Shown: positions 25,621-36,362 of the stretch, piece after piece
Layout: each line of letters starts with the position of its first letter
How positions within the stretch are numbered: position 1 is the first letter of the stretch
Made by a program: the position numbers and the translations under genes
From: Selaginella moellendorffii
Lineage: Eukaryota; Plantae; Lycopodiophyta
DNA length: 64,000 bases
Reading direction: 5' to 3'
NCBI RefSeq assembly: GCF_000143415.4
Contig: NW_003314312.1
Location: 253,261-317,260 of the forward strand
The notes under the pieces: generated by a model
Told to the model about the DNA's origin: nothing
Databases searched by the model: none
The model's input: the letters and a program-made list of their open reading frames with translations, nothing else

Positions 25621-25935
25621 TTTTTGCAGTACAGCATTGAAGAGTAAAAAGGAAGTCAGGGTTTCATTCATTACATGGTATACAAGAAGCATGAGACCCT
25701 TGGGACGTAAATAGAATATGAATAAATATGAAATAAGTTGCCCAGATGATTGTCTAACTGTTAAGTAAATAAGAGAATATTCCAAGAATATTTTAGTCAA
25801 CCTTAATAACTACGGATCTTGTATCCATCTAGTGCGTGGAAAACGTGCTCAAGATCGAAGTTGAGCCAGGAACTCGAATAAATAGAGCTGGCATTTGCAA
25901 AGGAACATCCCATTTGTGCAGCAAGTCGAGCGAGC

Positions 25936-26833
25936 ATGTGCACCTTATGGGTTTCCTTCATAGTGCTGCTTATGCTGACAGTGAGTATAGGAAGCAGCAT
26001 TGACATACTAAGCTTCAACTTTTATTTTCTTGAGATTCAATTCTTTGGTTGCACTGTTTTATAGGTGTGGTGTGCTGGGGAAAAGTCTCCACTCTATGGT
26101 GGGACTAGATGGGCAGAAAAGTTTGATGATGGTCCATCTTCAGGCATTCTGAGCCTTACCATCTATTCAGCTGCTGTAGTGGATGCCATTCAGGTGCAGA
26201 CCGTTGAGGGCCTGCGGCCTTTCCATGGGACAAATACCTGCAAGGGATGTTCTCCCATCCATCCGCCTCATAAACTTGGGGGAACTCGCTATAAGGTACA
26301 CACAACTTCGTTGATTTTTTGCTAATGTCACTCTATTGTTGAAACAGATCAATCTTCGCTACCCAGATGAGTATATATACAAGATCTCTGGATACGCTGG
26401 ATGGAGCTCGGTGAGCAAAACTTGGGGTCTCAGCCAATTTTACATCTACATAAAGAATAGTGTCCACGGCAAGACTACAACTTATGGACCATTTGGCTAT
26501 ACAGCAGCACGAGAGAATTTTAGCTCAAAGGAGGGCAAGATTGTGGGCTTTTGGGGCTACGCCTCTACTACTACATATATGAGAGGCATTGGCGTCTACA
26601 TCCAGGACCCATTACCACCACCATCTCCTCCGCCACCATCACCACCACCATCTCCTCCGCCACCATCACCACCGCCTCCATCAGCAAGCTGCATTCCCTA
26701 TGAGCTAAATTGTGTTTGTTGCTACGAGACTCCGTCAGCCAAGTGTTGCCCAGAAGATTACAAATGCGAGAGTTACAAAGGTGAATGGAAATATCTCTCG
26801 AAATGCGTGCAAAAATACTCCTTTGATGCCTGA
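25936..26833 (+). CDS. Secreted chimeric lectin: signal peptide + one jacalin domain + SPPPP extensin-like linker + 8-Cys knottin-like domain (exons 25936-25980, 26065-26295, 26348-26833)
   Basis: MCTLWVSFIVLLMLTVWCA signal; jacalin motifs SPLYGG, FDDG, VVDAIQV, EYIYKISG, TYGPFG, KIVGFWG, RGIGVY; (SPPPP)n; C-x6-C-x-CC-x7-CC-x5-C-x12-C. Confidence 0.88.
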
Positions 26834-27029
26834 AATTATCAGCTGATTTAAAATGATATAAATTTAATAGAAAAACACTATTAAAACACATGTAAGTATG
26901 TTTGATCCAATTAAGCGTTTCGCTTCCATTTTGAGCGAGGCGCTTGAGGCAACGGCTACCTGTCGCGCTGGAGCAGGTAAGCACGTCAATCGAATTCCAC
27001 CAGGCACGCAGATAGTGGCAATCTTTCGG

Positions 27030-27860
27030 ATATTCTATCGCCACGTGGACATCGTTGGCTGCTGCTGATCGCTCTCTCGGCGCTGGCCCTGCGCCCCGGT
27101 AGCTCGATCCGTGTGGACGATCCTCCGGCGATGGATCCCAAGATTGCAGTGTTCGCGGTGGGGAGCTCCTGGAGTGGCGAGGCGGCGTTTGGATGCATGA
27201 GGACGAGAGTAGGGTATTGCGGCGGGAGCAAGCAGAGCCCCGAGTATCGAAATATCGGCGATCACGCGGAATCCGTGGAGGTATGCCTTGCGCTTTTTCC
27301 TTCCCGATGGATCGATTGACCTAGGGGCAATGTAGGCTGCTGCTGATCGAAATCTTTGTCCAGATCGGCTCTCGTGCGCTACGAGCAGCTGCTAGACGCG
27401 TTCCGACGCAAGTTTTTGGACAAGGACCTGATGTGGGCGAGCAATACAGGTATGTCATCTGTGAAGTTTGCCCTTTTCCTTCGTGATGTCATTCTTTTTT
27501 CACTCTCCATCATTTTTACGGCGACAGTGAGCAAAGAAAGAGAGCAAGCAAAGAGACCATACACAATGGTTGCTACAGAGATCGAGCCTCTCGAAACGTT
27601 CTATCCCGCGGAGCTAGAACACCAGGTACTAGAAGCTGGAATCATCTCTTGGGACGATCTTTGCTCCATTTGTTGACGACCACTTCTCTTGCAGCTCTTT
27701 GGCGAGCTCGCGGAAGAGGACTTTGTGCGATCGAGTGCCGCGGCGCGATTCAATGGCTACGCGGCTGGAATGTGTCCGGCTCCAGTGATCAAGGAACTGG
27801 ATAGCAAAGTTAGCCAGTTCATGCAGCACAGGCAAAAACTAAGCTTGCTCTTCCAGTGAA
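27030..27860 (+). pseudogene. MSRA5 pseudogene
   Basis: Start region deleted, GSFW changed to GSSW, and several internal deletions relative to the intact copy at 36363-37282. Confidence 0.85.
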
Positions 27861-27934
27861 GGAGCTAGCTTTTCGCGATTGTCGCTGTGGGAGACAATCT
27901 CGATCTCCCAGTGACAATGGCGGACATATCTGCC

Positions 27935-28440
27935 GTACACTGTTTTGGTGTGCTGGGGAAAAGTCTCCACTTTCTACCATCTATTCAGGTGCTATAGTGG
28001 ATGCCATTCAGGTCCAGAGCGTTGAGGGCCTGCGGTCTTTCCACGGGACAAATAGCTGCAATGGATGTTCTCCCATCGATCCGCCTCATAAACTTGGAGG
28101 AACTTGCTATCCAACTTTGTTGAGTTTTTGCTGATGTCACTCTATTGTTCCAGCAGATCAATCTTCGCTAAAGATATCTGGATACGCTGGATGGAGCTCG
28201 GCGACCAATCTTTGGCTACATCTATATAAAGAATACTGTCCACGGCAAGACCACAACTTACGGACCATTTGGCTATACAGCAACGGAAGAGGCGACTGCA
28301 GCGGGATTCAATGGCTACGCGGCTGGAATGTGTCCGGCTCCAGTGACCAAGAAACTGGACAACAAAGTTCGCCAGTTCATGCGGCACAGGCAAAAACTAA
28401 TCTTGCTCTTCCAGTGAAGCAGCTGGCTTTTCGCGATCGT
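27935..28440 (+). pseudogene. Second degenerate jacalin fragment fused to an MSRA5 3' fragment
   Basis: Near-identical to 24775-25390, with the same jacalin deletions. Confidence 0.85.
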
Positions 28441-28801
28441 CGCGAGACAATGTCATTCCAAAGGCTGCTACAGGGTTTATTGAGAACAAGTATGGAATTC
28501 GTCAGCCTATCATTTTTAATCCCTTCAACATGGACTGGGAGATAATCTCGATCTCCCAGTGACAATGGTAGAGAAACGAATTCATTCTCCACGGAAGAAG
28601 AAGAGAGAGCAAATGTAAATTCTTTGCTTGTGTTTATCCAGATCAATTATATCTGCCATACAATTCTAAATAAAATGTACAACAAGCAAAGGACTGAAGA
28701 GTAAAAAGGAAGTCACGGTTTCATTCATTCATATACCGTTTAGATGGTATACAAGAAGCATGAGACCAAGGAATGAATGAGACTTAAATCCCTCGGTCTC
28801 A

Positions 28802-29560
28802 TGCTTCTTGGGCGTGACACATGACCACGTAAATAGAATATGAATAAATATGAAATAAGTTGCCCAGATGATTGTCTAACTGTTTTGTAAATAAGAGAAT
28901 ATTTCCAGAATCTTTTAGTCAACCATAGCTCCCATCTGTTGACTTGGCTCCCCATATATGCGGATTTGTATCCATCCAGTGCGTGGAAAACTCTGTCTCG
29001 TGCTTCTTGGGGGGTGGTACATGACCACGTAAATAGAATATGAATAAATATGAAATAAGTAGATGATTGTCCAACAAATAAGAGAATATTCCACAATATT
29101 TTAGTCAACCTTAATAACTTAATCTGTTGACTTGGCTCCCCATATATGCGGATTTGTATCCATCTAGTGCGTGGAAAACTCTGTCTCGTGCTTCTTGGGG
29201 GGTGGTACATGACCACGTAAATAGAATATGAATAAATATGAAATAAGTAGATGATTGTCCAACAAATAAGAGAATATTCCACAATATTTTAGTCAACCTT
29301 AATAACTTAATCTGTTGACTTGGCTCCCCATATATGCGGATCTTGTATCCATCTAGTGCGTGGAAAACTCTGTCTCATGCTTCTTGGGGGGTGGTCCATG
29401 ACCACGTAAATAGAATATGAATAAATATGAAATAAGTAGATGATTGTCTAAGAAATAAGAGAATATTCCACAATATTTTAGTCAACCTTAATAAGTTAAT
29501 CTGTTGACTTGGCTCTCCATATATGCGGATCTTGTATCCATCTGGTGCGTGCAAAACGTG
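28802..29560 (+). repeat. Tandem repeat, 4 units of ~188-199 bp, upstream of the multi-jacalin gene
   Basis: Units start at about 28802, 29001, 29189 and 29378 (tgcttcttgggg...tgaccacgtaaatagaatatgaataaatatgaaataag...agtcaacc...ttgacttgg...tagtgcgtggaaaac). Confidence 0.92.
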
Positions 29561-29650
29561 TTCAAGATCGAAGTTGAGCCCGGGAGTAGAATAAATAGAG
29601 CTGGCACTTGCAAAGGAAAACATCCAATTTGTGCAGCAAGTCGAGCGAGC

Positions 29651-32318
29651 ATGTACACCTTATGGGTTTCCTTCATAGTGCTGCTTATGCTGACAGTGAG
29701 TATAGGAAGGAGCACTGACATACTAAGCTTCAACTTTTATTTTCTTGAGCTTCATTTTGGTTGCCCTGTTTTGTAGGTGTGGTGTGCTGGGGAAAAGTCT
29801 CCACTTTATGGTGGGACTAGATCGGCAGAAAAGTTTGATGATGGTCCATCTTCAGGCATTCTGAGTCTGACCATCTATTCAGGTAATGTAGTGGATGCCA
29901 TTCAGGTGCAGACCGTTGAGGGCCTGCGGCCTTTCCACGGGAGAAATACCTGCAAGGGATGTTCTCCCATCAATCCACCTCATAAACTTGGAGGACCTCG
30001 CTATCAGGTACACACAACTTCGTTGAGTTTATGTTAATGTCACCCTATTGTTCAAATAGATCAATCTTCGCTACCCAGATGAGTATATATACAAGATATC
30101 TGGACACTCTGGATGGTACGGTCTCAGCCAATTTTACATCTACACAAGGAAAGGTGTCCACGGCAATACCACAACTTATGGACCATTTGGCAAAATAGCA
30201 GGGGAAAAGAAATTTTCCTCAAAGGAGGGCAAGATTGTGGGCTTTTGGGGCTACGCCTCTACTAGTACATCTATGAGAGGCATTGGAGTCTATTTCCAGG
30301 ACCCACCACCAGTAAGTATACCAAAGAGAACTATGTTTTATTTTGAGGTTCATTTCATTTGGTTGCTAACTGTTGCAGGCCACGAAATCTCCACTCTATG
30401 GTGGGAATAGATCGGCAGAAAAGTTTGATGATGGTCCATCTTCAGGCATTCTCAGTCTTACCATCTATTCAGGTGCTATAGTGGATGCCATTCAGGTCCG
30501 GACCGTTGAGGGCCTTCGGCCTTTCCACGGGACAAATAGCTGCAAGGGATGTTCTCCCATCAATCCGCCTCATAAACTTGGAGGAACTCGCTATCAGGTA
30601 CACACAACTTCGTTGAGTTTTTGCTAATGTCACTCTATTGTTCGAACAGATCAATTTTCGCTACCCATATGAGTATATATACAAGATATCTGGATCTGCT
30701 GGATGTTACGGTGGATGGGACGGTCTCAGCCAATTTTACATCTACACAAGGAACAGTGTCCATGGCAATACCACAACTTATGGACCATTTGGCAATAGAG
30801 CAGGAGGGAAAGAGAATTTTCGCTCAAAGGAGGGCAAGATTGTGGGCTTTTGGGGCTATGCCTCTACTAGTACATATATGAGAGGCATTGGAGTCTACTT
30901 CCAGGACCCACCACCACCAGTAAGTCTACCAAAGAGAGTTATATTTTCATTATTTTGAGGTTCATTTCATTTGGTTGCTGACTGTTGCAGGCCACGAAAT
31001 CTCCACTCTATGGTGGGACTAGATCGGCAGAAAAGTTTGATGATGGTCCATCTTCAGGCATTCTGAGTCTTACCATCTATTCAGCTGCTGTAGTGGATGC
31101 CATTCAGGTCCAGACCGTTGAGGGCCTGCGGCCTTTCCACGGGACAAAAAGCTGCAGGGGATGTTCTCCCATCAATCCGCCTCACAAACTTGGAGGAACT
31201 CGCTATCAGGTACACACAACTTCGTTGAGTTTTTGCTAATGTCACTCTATTGTTCGAACAGATCAATCTTCGCTACCCATATGAGTATATATACAAGATA
31301 TCCGGATATGCTGGATGGAGCTCGGTGGCCAAAGTTTGGGGTCTCAGCCAATTTTACATCTATACAAGGAATAGTATCCACGGCAATACCACAACTTATG
31401 GACCATTTGGCAATAGAGCAGGAGGGAAAGAGAATTTTTACTCAAAGGAGGGCAAGATTGTGGGCTTTTGGGGCTACGCCTCTACTAGTACAGATGTGAG
31501 AGGCATTGGAGTCTACATCCAAAACCCACCACCAGTAAGTATACCAAAGAGTTTCATTATTCTCTCTAGGTTCATTTCATTTGGTTGCTGACTGTTGCAG
31601 GCCACGAAATCTCCACTCTATGGTGGGAGGGAATGGGCAATGGAGTTTGATGATGGTCCATCTTCAGGCATTCTGAGTCTTACAATTTATTCAGGTGCTG
31701 TAGTGGATGCCATTCAGGTGCAGACCGTTGAGGGCCTGCGGCCTTTCCATGGGACAAATACCTGCAAGGGATGTTCTCCCATCCATCCGCCTCATAAACT
31801 TGGGGGAACTCGCTATAAGGTACACACAACTTCGTTGACTTTTTGCTAATGTCACTCTATTGTTCGAACAGATCAATCTTCGCTACCCAGATGAGTACAT
31901 ATACAAGATATCTGGATACGCTGGATGGAGCTCGTTGAGCAATATTTGGGGTCTCAGCCAATTTTACATCTACATAAAGAATAGTGTCCACGGCAAGATC
32001 ACAACTTACGGACCATTTGGCTATACACCAGGGAAAGAGAATTTTCGCTCAAAGGAGGGCAAGATTGTGGGCTTTTGGGGCTACGCCTCTGCTAGTACAT
32101 ATATGAGAGGCATTGGAGTCTACATCCAAGACCCATTACCATCACCACGGCCACCGTCACCTCCACCAACAACCTGCATTCCCTATCAGCAAGCTTGTGT
32201 TTGTTGTAACGAGACTCCATCAGCCAAGTGTTGCCCAGAAGGATACGAATGCCAGACCTTCAAGGGTGAATGGAAATATCTCTCGAACTGCCAGCCAAAA
32301 TACGCTCTCTCCCTTTGA
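29651..32318 (+). CDS. Secreted tetra-jacalin chimeric lectin with Pro linker and C-terminal 8-Cys domain (9 exons, ~724 aa)
   Basis: Exons 29651-29695, 29777-30007, 30060-30311, 30379-30597, 30650-30919, 30991-31209, 31262-31534, 31601-31819 and 31872-32318. All lengths are multiples of 3, all introns are GT-AG, and no in-frame stops were seen. Confidence 0.88.
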
Positions 32319-32738
32319 TTTCTGGAATTAAGAGTTTCAATTCGATAATAAAGGAAATCACCTATGATAAACTGTTTATAAGGGTTTCGCTTCTAGTCCA
32401 CTTTTGAGAATGCGCAACTATGAGCAACGAGGCGGACATAGTAGATTTCCGAGAACGAAAGCGGTCCAAGCATCACGATCAAATGGTGCCTCTGGATCAT
32501 GGCTTCAGAAGCCATGACGAGCTCCTCGCCGCTGTAGCAATCGAATTCCACCAGGCACGCGCATAGTCTTTAAGCTCGGCAATCTATAGTTTCTCAGGTG
32601 GAGGATCCGTGTTTCTTGCTGCTTGCGAGTGTTTCGGGAAGCTTAGCTTGAAAATCGAGAGGAGGTGGGAGAAGCTGACGTGTCGGATATTCTATCGCCA
32701 CGTGGACATACCTTTGATCAAATTCTAAAAGCGCAGCG

Positions 32739-33599
32739 ATGTCTCCATGGCTGCTGCTGATCGCTCTCTCGGCGCTGGCGCTGCGCCCCGGCAGCTCGAT
32801 CCGTGTGGACGATCCTCCGGCGATGGATCCCAAGATTGCAGTGTTCGCAGTGGGGAGCTTCTGGAGTGGCGAGGCGGCGTTTGGATGCATCCCCGGAGTG
32901 GCGAGGAGGAGAGTAGGGTCTTGCGGCGGGAGCAAGCAGAGCCCCGAGTATCGAAATATCGGCGATCACGCGGAATCCGGGAGGTATGCCTTGCGCTTTT
33001 TCCTTCCCGATGGATCGAGGCAATGTAGGCTGCTGCTGATCGAAATCTTTGTCCAGATCGGCTCTCGTGCGCTACGAGCAGCTGCTAGACGCGTTCCGAC
33101 GCAAGTTTTTGGACAAGGACCTGATGTGGGCGAGCAATACAGGTATGTCATCTGTGAAGTTTGCCCTTTTCCTTCGTGATTCTTTCGATCTCGTTCTTTT
33201 TTCACTCGCCAGGTCCATCATTTTTACACAGAACGAGGACGAGGCTTTTCTGGCAACAGTGAGCAAAGAAAGAGAGCAAGCAAAGCGACCATACACGATG
33301 GTTGCTACAGAGATCGAGCCTCTCGAAACGTTCTATCCCGCGGAGCTAGAACACCAGGTACTTGAAGCTGGAATCATCTCTAGGGACGAGCTTTGCTCCA
33401 TTTGTTCTTGCAGAAGTTTGAGCTGCGAAGACGACCACTTCTCTTACAGCTCTTTGGTGAGCTCGCGGAAGAGGACTTCGTGCGATCGAGCGCCGCGGCG
33501 CGATTCAATGGAATGTGTCCGGCTCCAGTGACCAAGGAACTGGATAGCAAAGTTAGCCAGTTCATGCGGCACAGGCAAAACCTAAGCTTGCTCTTCTAG
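32739..33599 (+). pseudogene. MSRA5 pseudogene (inverted duplicate of the intact copy)
   Basis: 1-nt loss at the end of exon 1 (tccgggag vs tccgtggag), loss of the EYDP and WAAHD codons, and loss of YAAG in the last exon. Confidence 0.85.
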
Positions 33600-34484
33600 T
33601 GAAGGAGCTAGCTTTTCGCGATTGTTGCTGTGGGAGATAATCTCGTGACAATGGCGGACAGACAATGATTCATTCTATGCTCGTGTTTATCCAGATTAAC
33701 TATATCTGCCGTACAGTTTTAACTAAAATGTAGTAACCACATTTTTGTTATGGACCATGGCCTAAAATGACTACCTTAAACAAAAACCTCAAAACTCAGA
33801 TTTAAGGTAAACACCCCTGCAGTATTTGCACAACCCCTCAATCTTTGAGATTGCTACTTGGCAAGGAGATGATGTGGCAAGGAGTTCAGCTAGCAGGGGT
33901 TATTAAAAAAGAGGGTTTTCGAGGTCAAGGACCATAGTAACCCCTCCCTTTACACTAGATATATAGGCTATCCCTCTTCCTCAAATAACATCATGCAATC
34001 TTTGTGAATCTGACCCTCCTTGCCACAAGTAAAGCATATTTGTTGGTATGTTTGCCTACCTTCACCCTCATCCTCACAGCTGTGTTTATATAATCCATCC
34101 CTTTAGCAATACTTATCACTACTGCTATGGGATTTCTTTTTAGACTAGCTTCTATTTTGGTTATAACTCTCCCTTTTGTTGGCCCCATAAATGTGTTCCT
34201 CACCCTTTAAGCAGGCAAAAGAAATTGACGATAGAAAGCTTGTTTAGACAATCTCTTAGCTTTATCTATATCAATGGTAGACATGGTGTAAAGTTGTTTA
34301 GTATAATTATAGGGCTGTTAAGGACATTTAACTCCATGTATCTCAATATTTGGTATATTTTTTTATGGGTTCTTTTTCCTTTATATTTAAACTTTAATAA
34401 ACCATCTCTCAAGTTGTTCTTTTGATTGCTTACAAAGATTTTTAATGATGAATAGTCCATGAGCTAGCACCACTACCTCATTTG

Positions 34485-36210
34485 AGGTTATATTCTGGTT
34501 TCTAGCACAGACTTCTCAAGCTAATTATTTATCTTCCTCTTGATGAAGTTGCAAATTATTTGAAAGAATTTTTCAAGCCTAAAAGGCTTTTAATGTGATG
34601 CTCATAAATCTTTTGAGATTGTGAGCTAAGATGGGCTAGCATGATAAACTCATGGCTAATAAGCTTATGATATGTTTATAGATCTTTTGAGATTATAAGC
34701 TAAGAATTGTGTAAATTGGGTTAGTATGATAAATTCATAACTAAAAAGCTTGTGATATTATACTCATAGATCTTTTGATATTGTGAGCTAAAAATTGTGT
34801 AAGTTGGCTAGCATAATAAATTCATGACTAAAAAGTTTGTGATGCAATGCTCATAAATCTTTTAAAATTATGAGTTGAGAATTGTGTAAGTTGGGCTAGT
34901 ATAATAAAAATCATGGTTAAAGAACTTGTGATGTGGCACTCATAGATCTTTTAGGATTATAAATTTAGAATTGAGAGAGTTAGATTGGCATAACAAAATT
35001 ATGGCTAGAAAACTTGATGTTCACAAATCTTTTAAGATTATGAGCTGAAAATTGAAAGTGTTGGGCTGGCATGACAAAGTCATGCCCAAAAAACTTGATG
35101 TTCACAAATTTTTGGAGATTATGAATTGTGATATGTGAGTTGATTTGTGTAAACAACCAAAGAGAATAATTTAAGATATGATCCATTGAAGTTGGATTTG
35201 AATATGGCTAAGTGACCTTTTAGAAAGTCTAAACTTCAGAAGTTTACATTTGGTATTAGAATGATTTCAAATTCATGGTTGGTTAAGGAAATCACACCAA
35301 ATGATCTATCGGGGTTTAAATATAAAGGAACAATGCACCCTTTTTTTCTAATTAATTAAGGGTTTTGAGATATTTAGGGTTAAGTGTCATTGGTTTGAAT
35401 AGTACTATACTACCTCTTGGGAAATCTAAAATTCAAGAGCTTACAATTTAGTCTTGAGTAGATAATTATGAATGTGGAAGGATTGTGATGCTATGATTAA
35501 ACAAATTGCATATAGCTAACTATGATATTTAAGTGTACGCAACACTTCATATATGCATAGCTAACTATGAAGTTTAAGTATGCACAACACTCCATATGTG
35601 CATGTGTGATATTAGTGCTAAGAAGGATAATTTGTGCAGTTTTCACTGAAGTATACAAAGAAGAACAAATACCTTTTATTAAAGATTGAGAACCTATTAG
35701 ATAGATTGGAAAAAACAAAATACTTCTTGAGTAAAGAATTGTGAATGTGGAAGGATTGTGATGCTATGATTAAACAAATTGCATATAATTAATTATGATG
35801 TTTAAGTGTGCACAATACTCTATATATGTATATGTGATACTTATGCTAAGAAGGATAATTTGTGTAATTTCTACTGAAGTATACAGAGAAGAACAAATAC
35901 CTTTTATTAAGGATTGAGAATTTGTTTAAAATACTTTTCAAGGATTTACTTAAGGTCAAGATACTACTAGATTAAGGTAGCAAAGAAAGATATTAAAAAA
36001 ATAACCTATTAGACAAAGTAACTATTTAGCCATGAATTTATCATGCTAGTGCACCTTACATAAGTTTCAGATCTATGAACATTAAATCACAAACTTTCTA
36101 GACTTAAAAAATTCTCCTCTCACTGCCTCAAACAATTTATAATTTCTTCAAGAGGAAAGCAAATGGTTAGGATGAAAAATAAGCCTCTAACCTCCACCAA
36201 AATATAGACT
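34485..36210. mobile_element. Non-autonomous DNA-transposon-like element with subterminal tandem and inverted repeats
   Basis: About 7 copies of a ~80-bp unit at 34600-35130, an inverted unit copy at ~36025-36100, 34485-34560 inverted at ~36135-36210, and an internal direct duplication 35465-35690/35740-35920. Confidence 0.5.
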
Positions 36211-36362
36211 ATGGTTATGGATTACATAATTGGATGCAGTTGCTACATTTTAGGGCTATCTGTTAAAACTGTACGGCAGACATAGTTAATCATCTGGAAT
36301 GAATCATTGCCATTGTCACAGGGAGATCGAGATTGTCTCCCACAACAACAATCTCAAAAAGC

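Noticed and set aside
28802-29560. Regular repeat array considered as CRISPR-like
   Set aside because: The units are ~190-bp full tandem duplications without unique spacers, the context is eukaryotic, and no cas genes are present.
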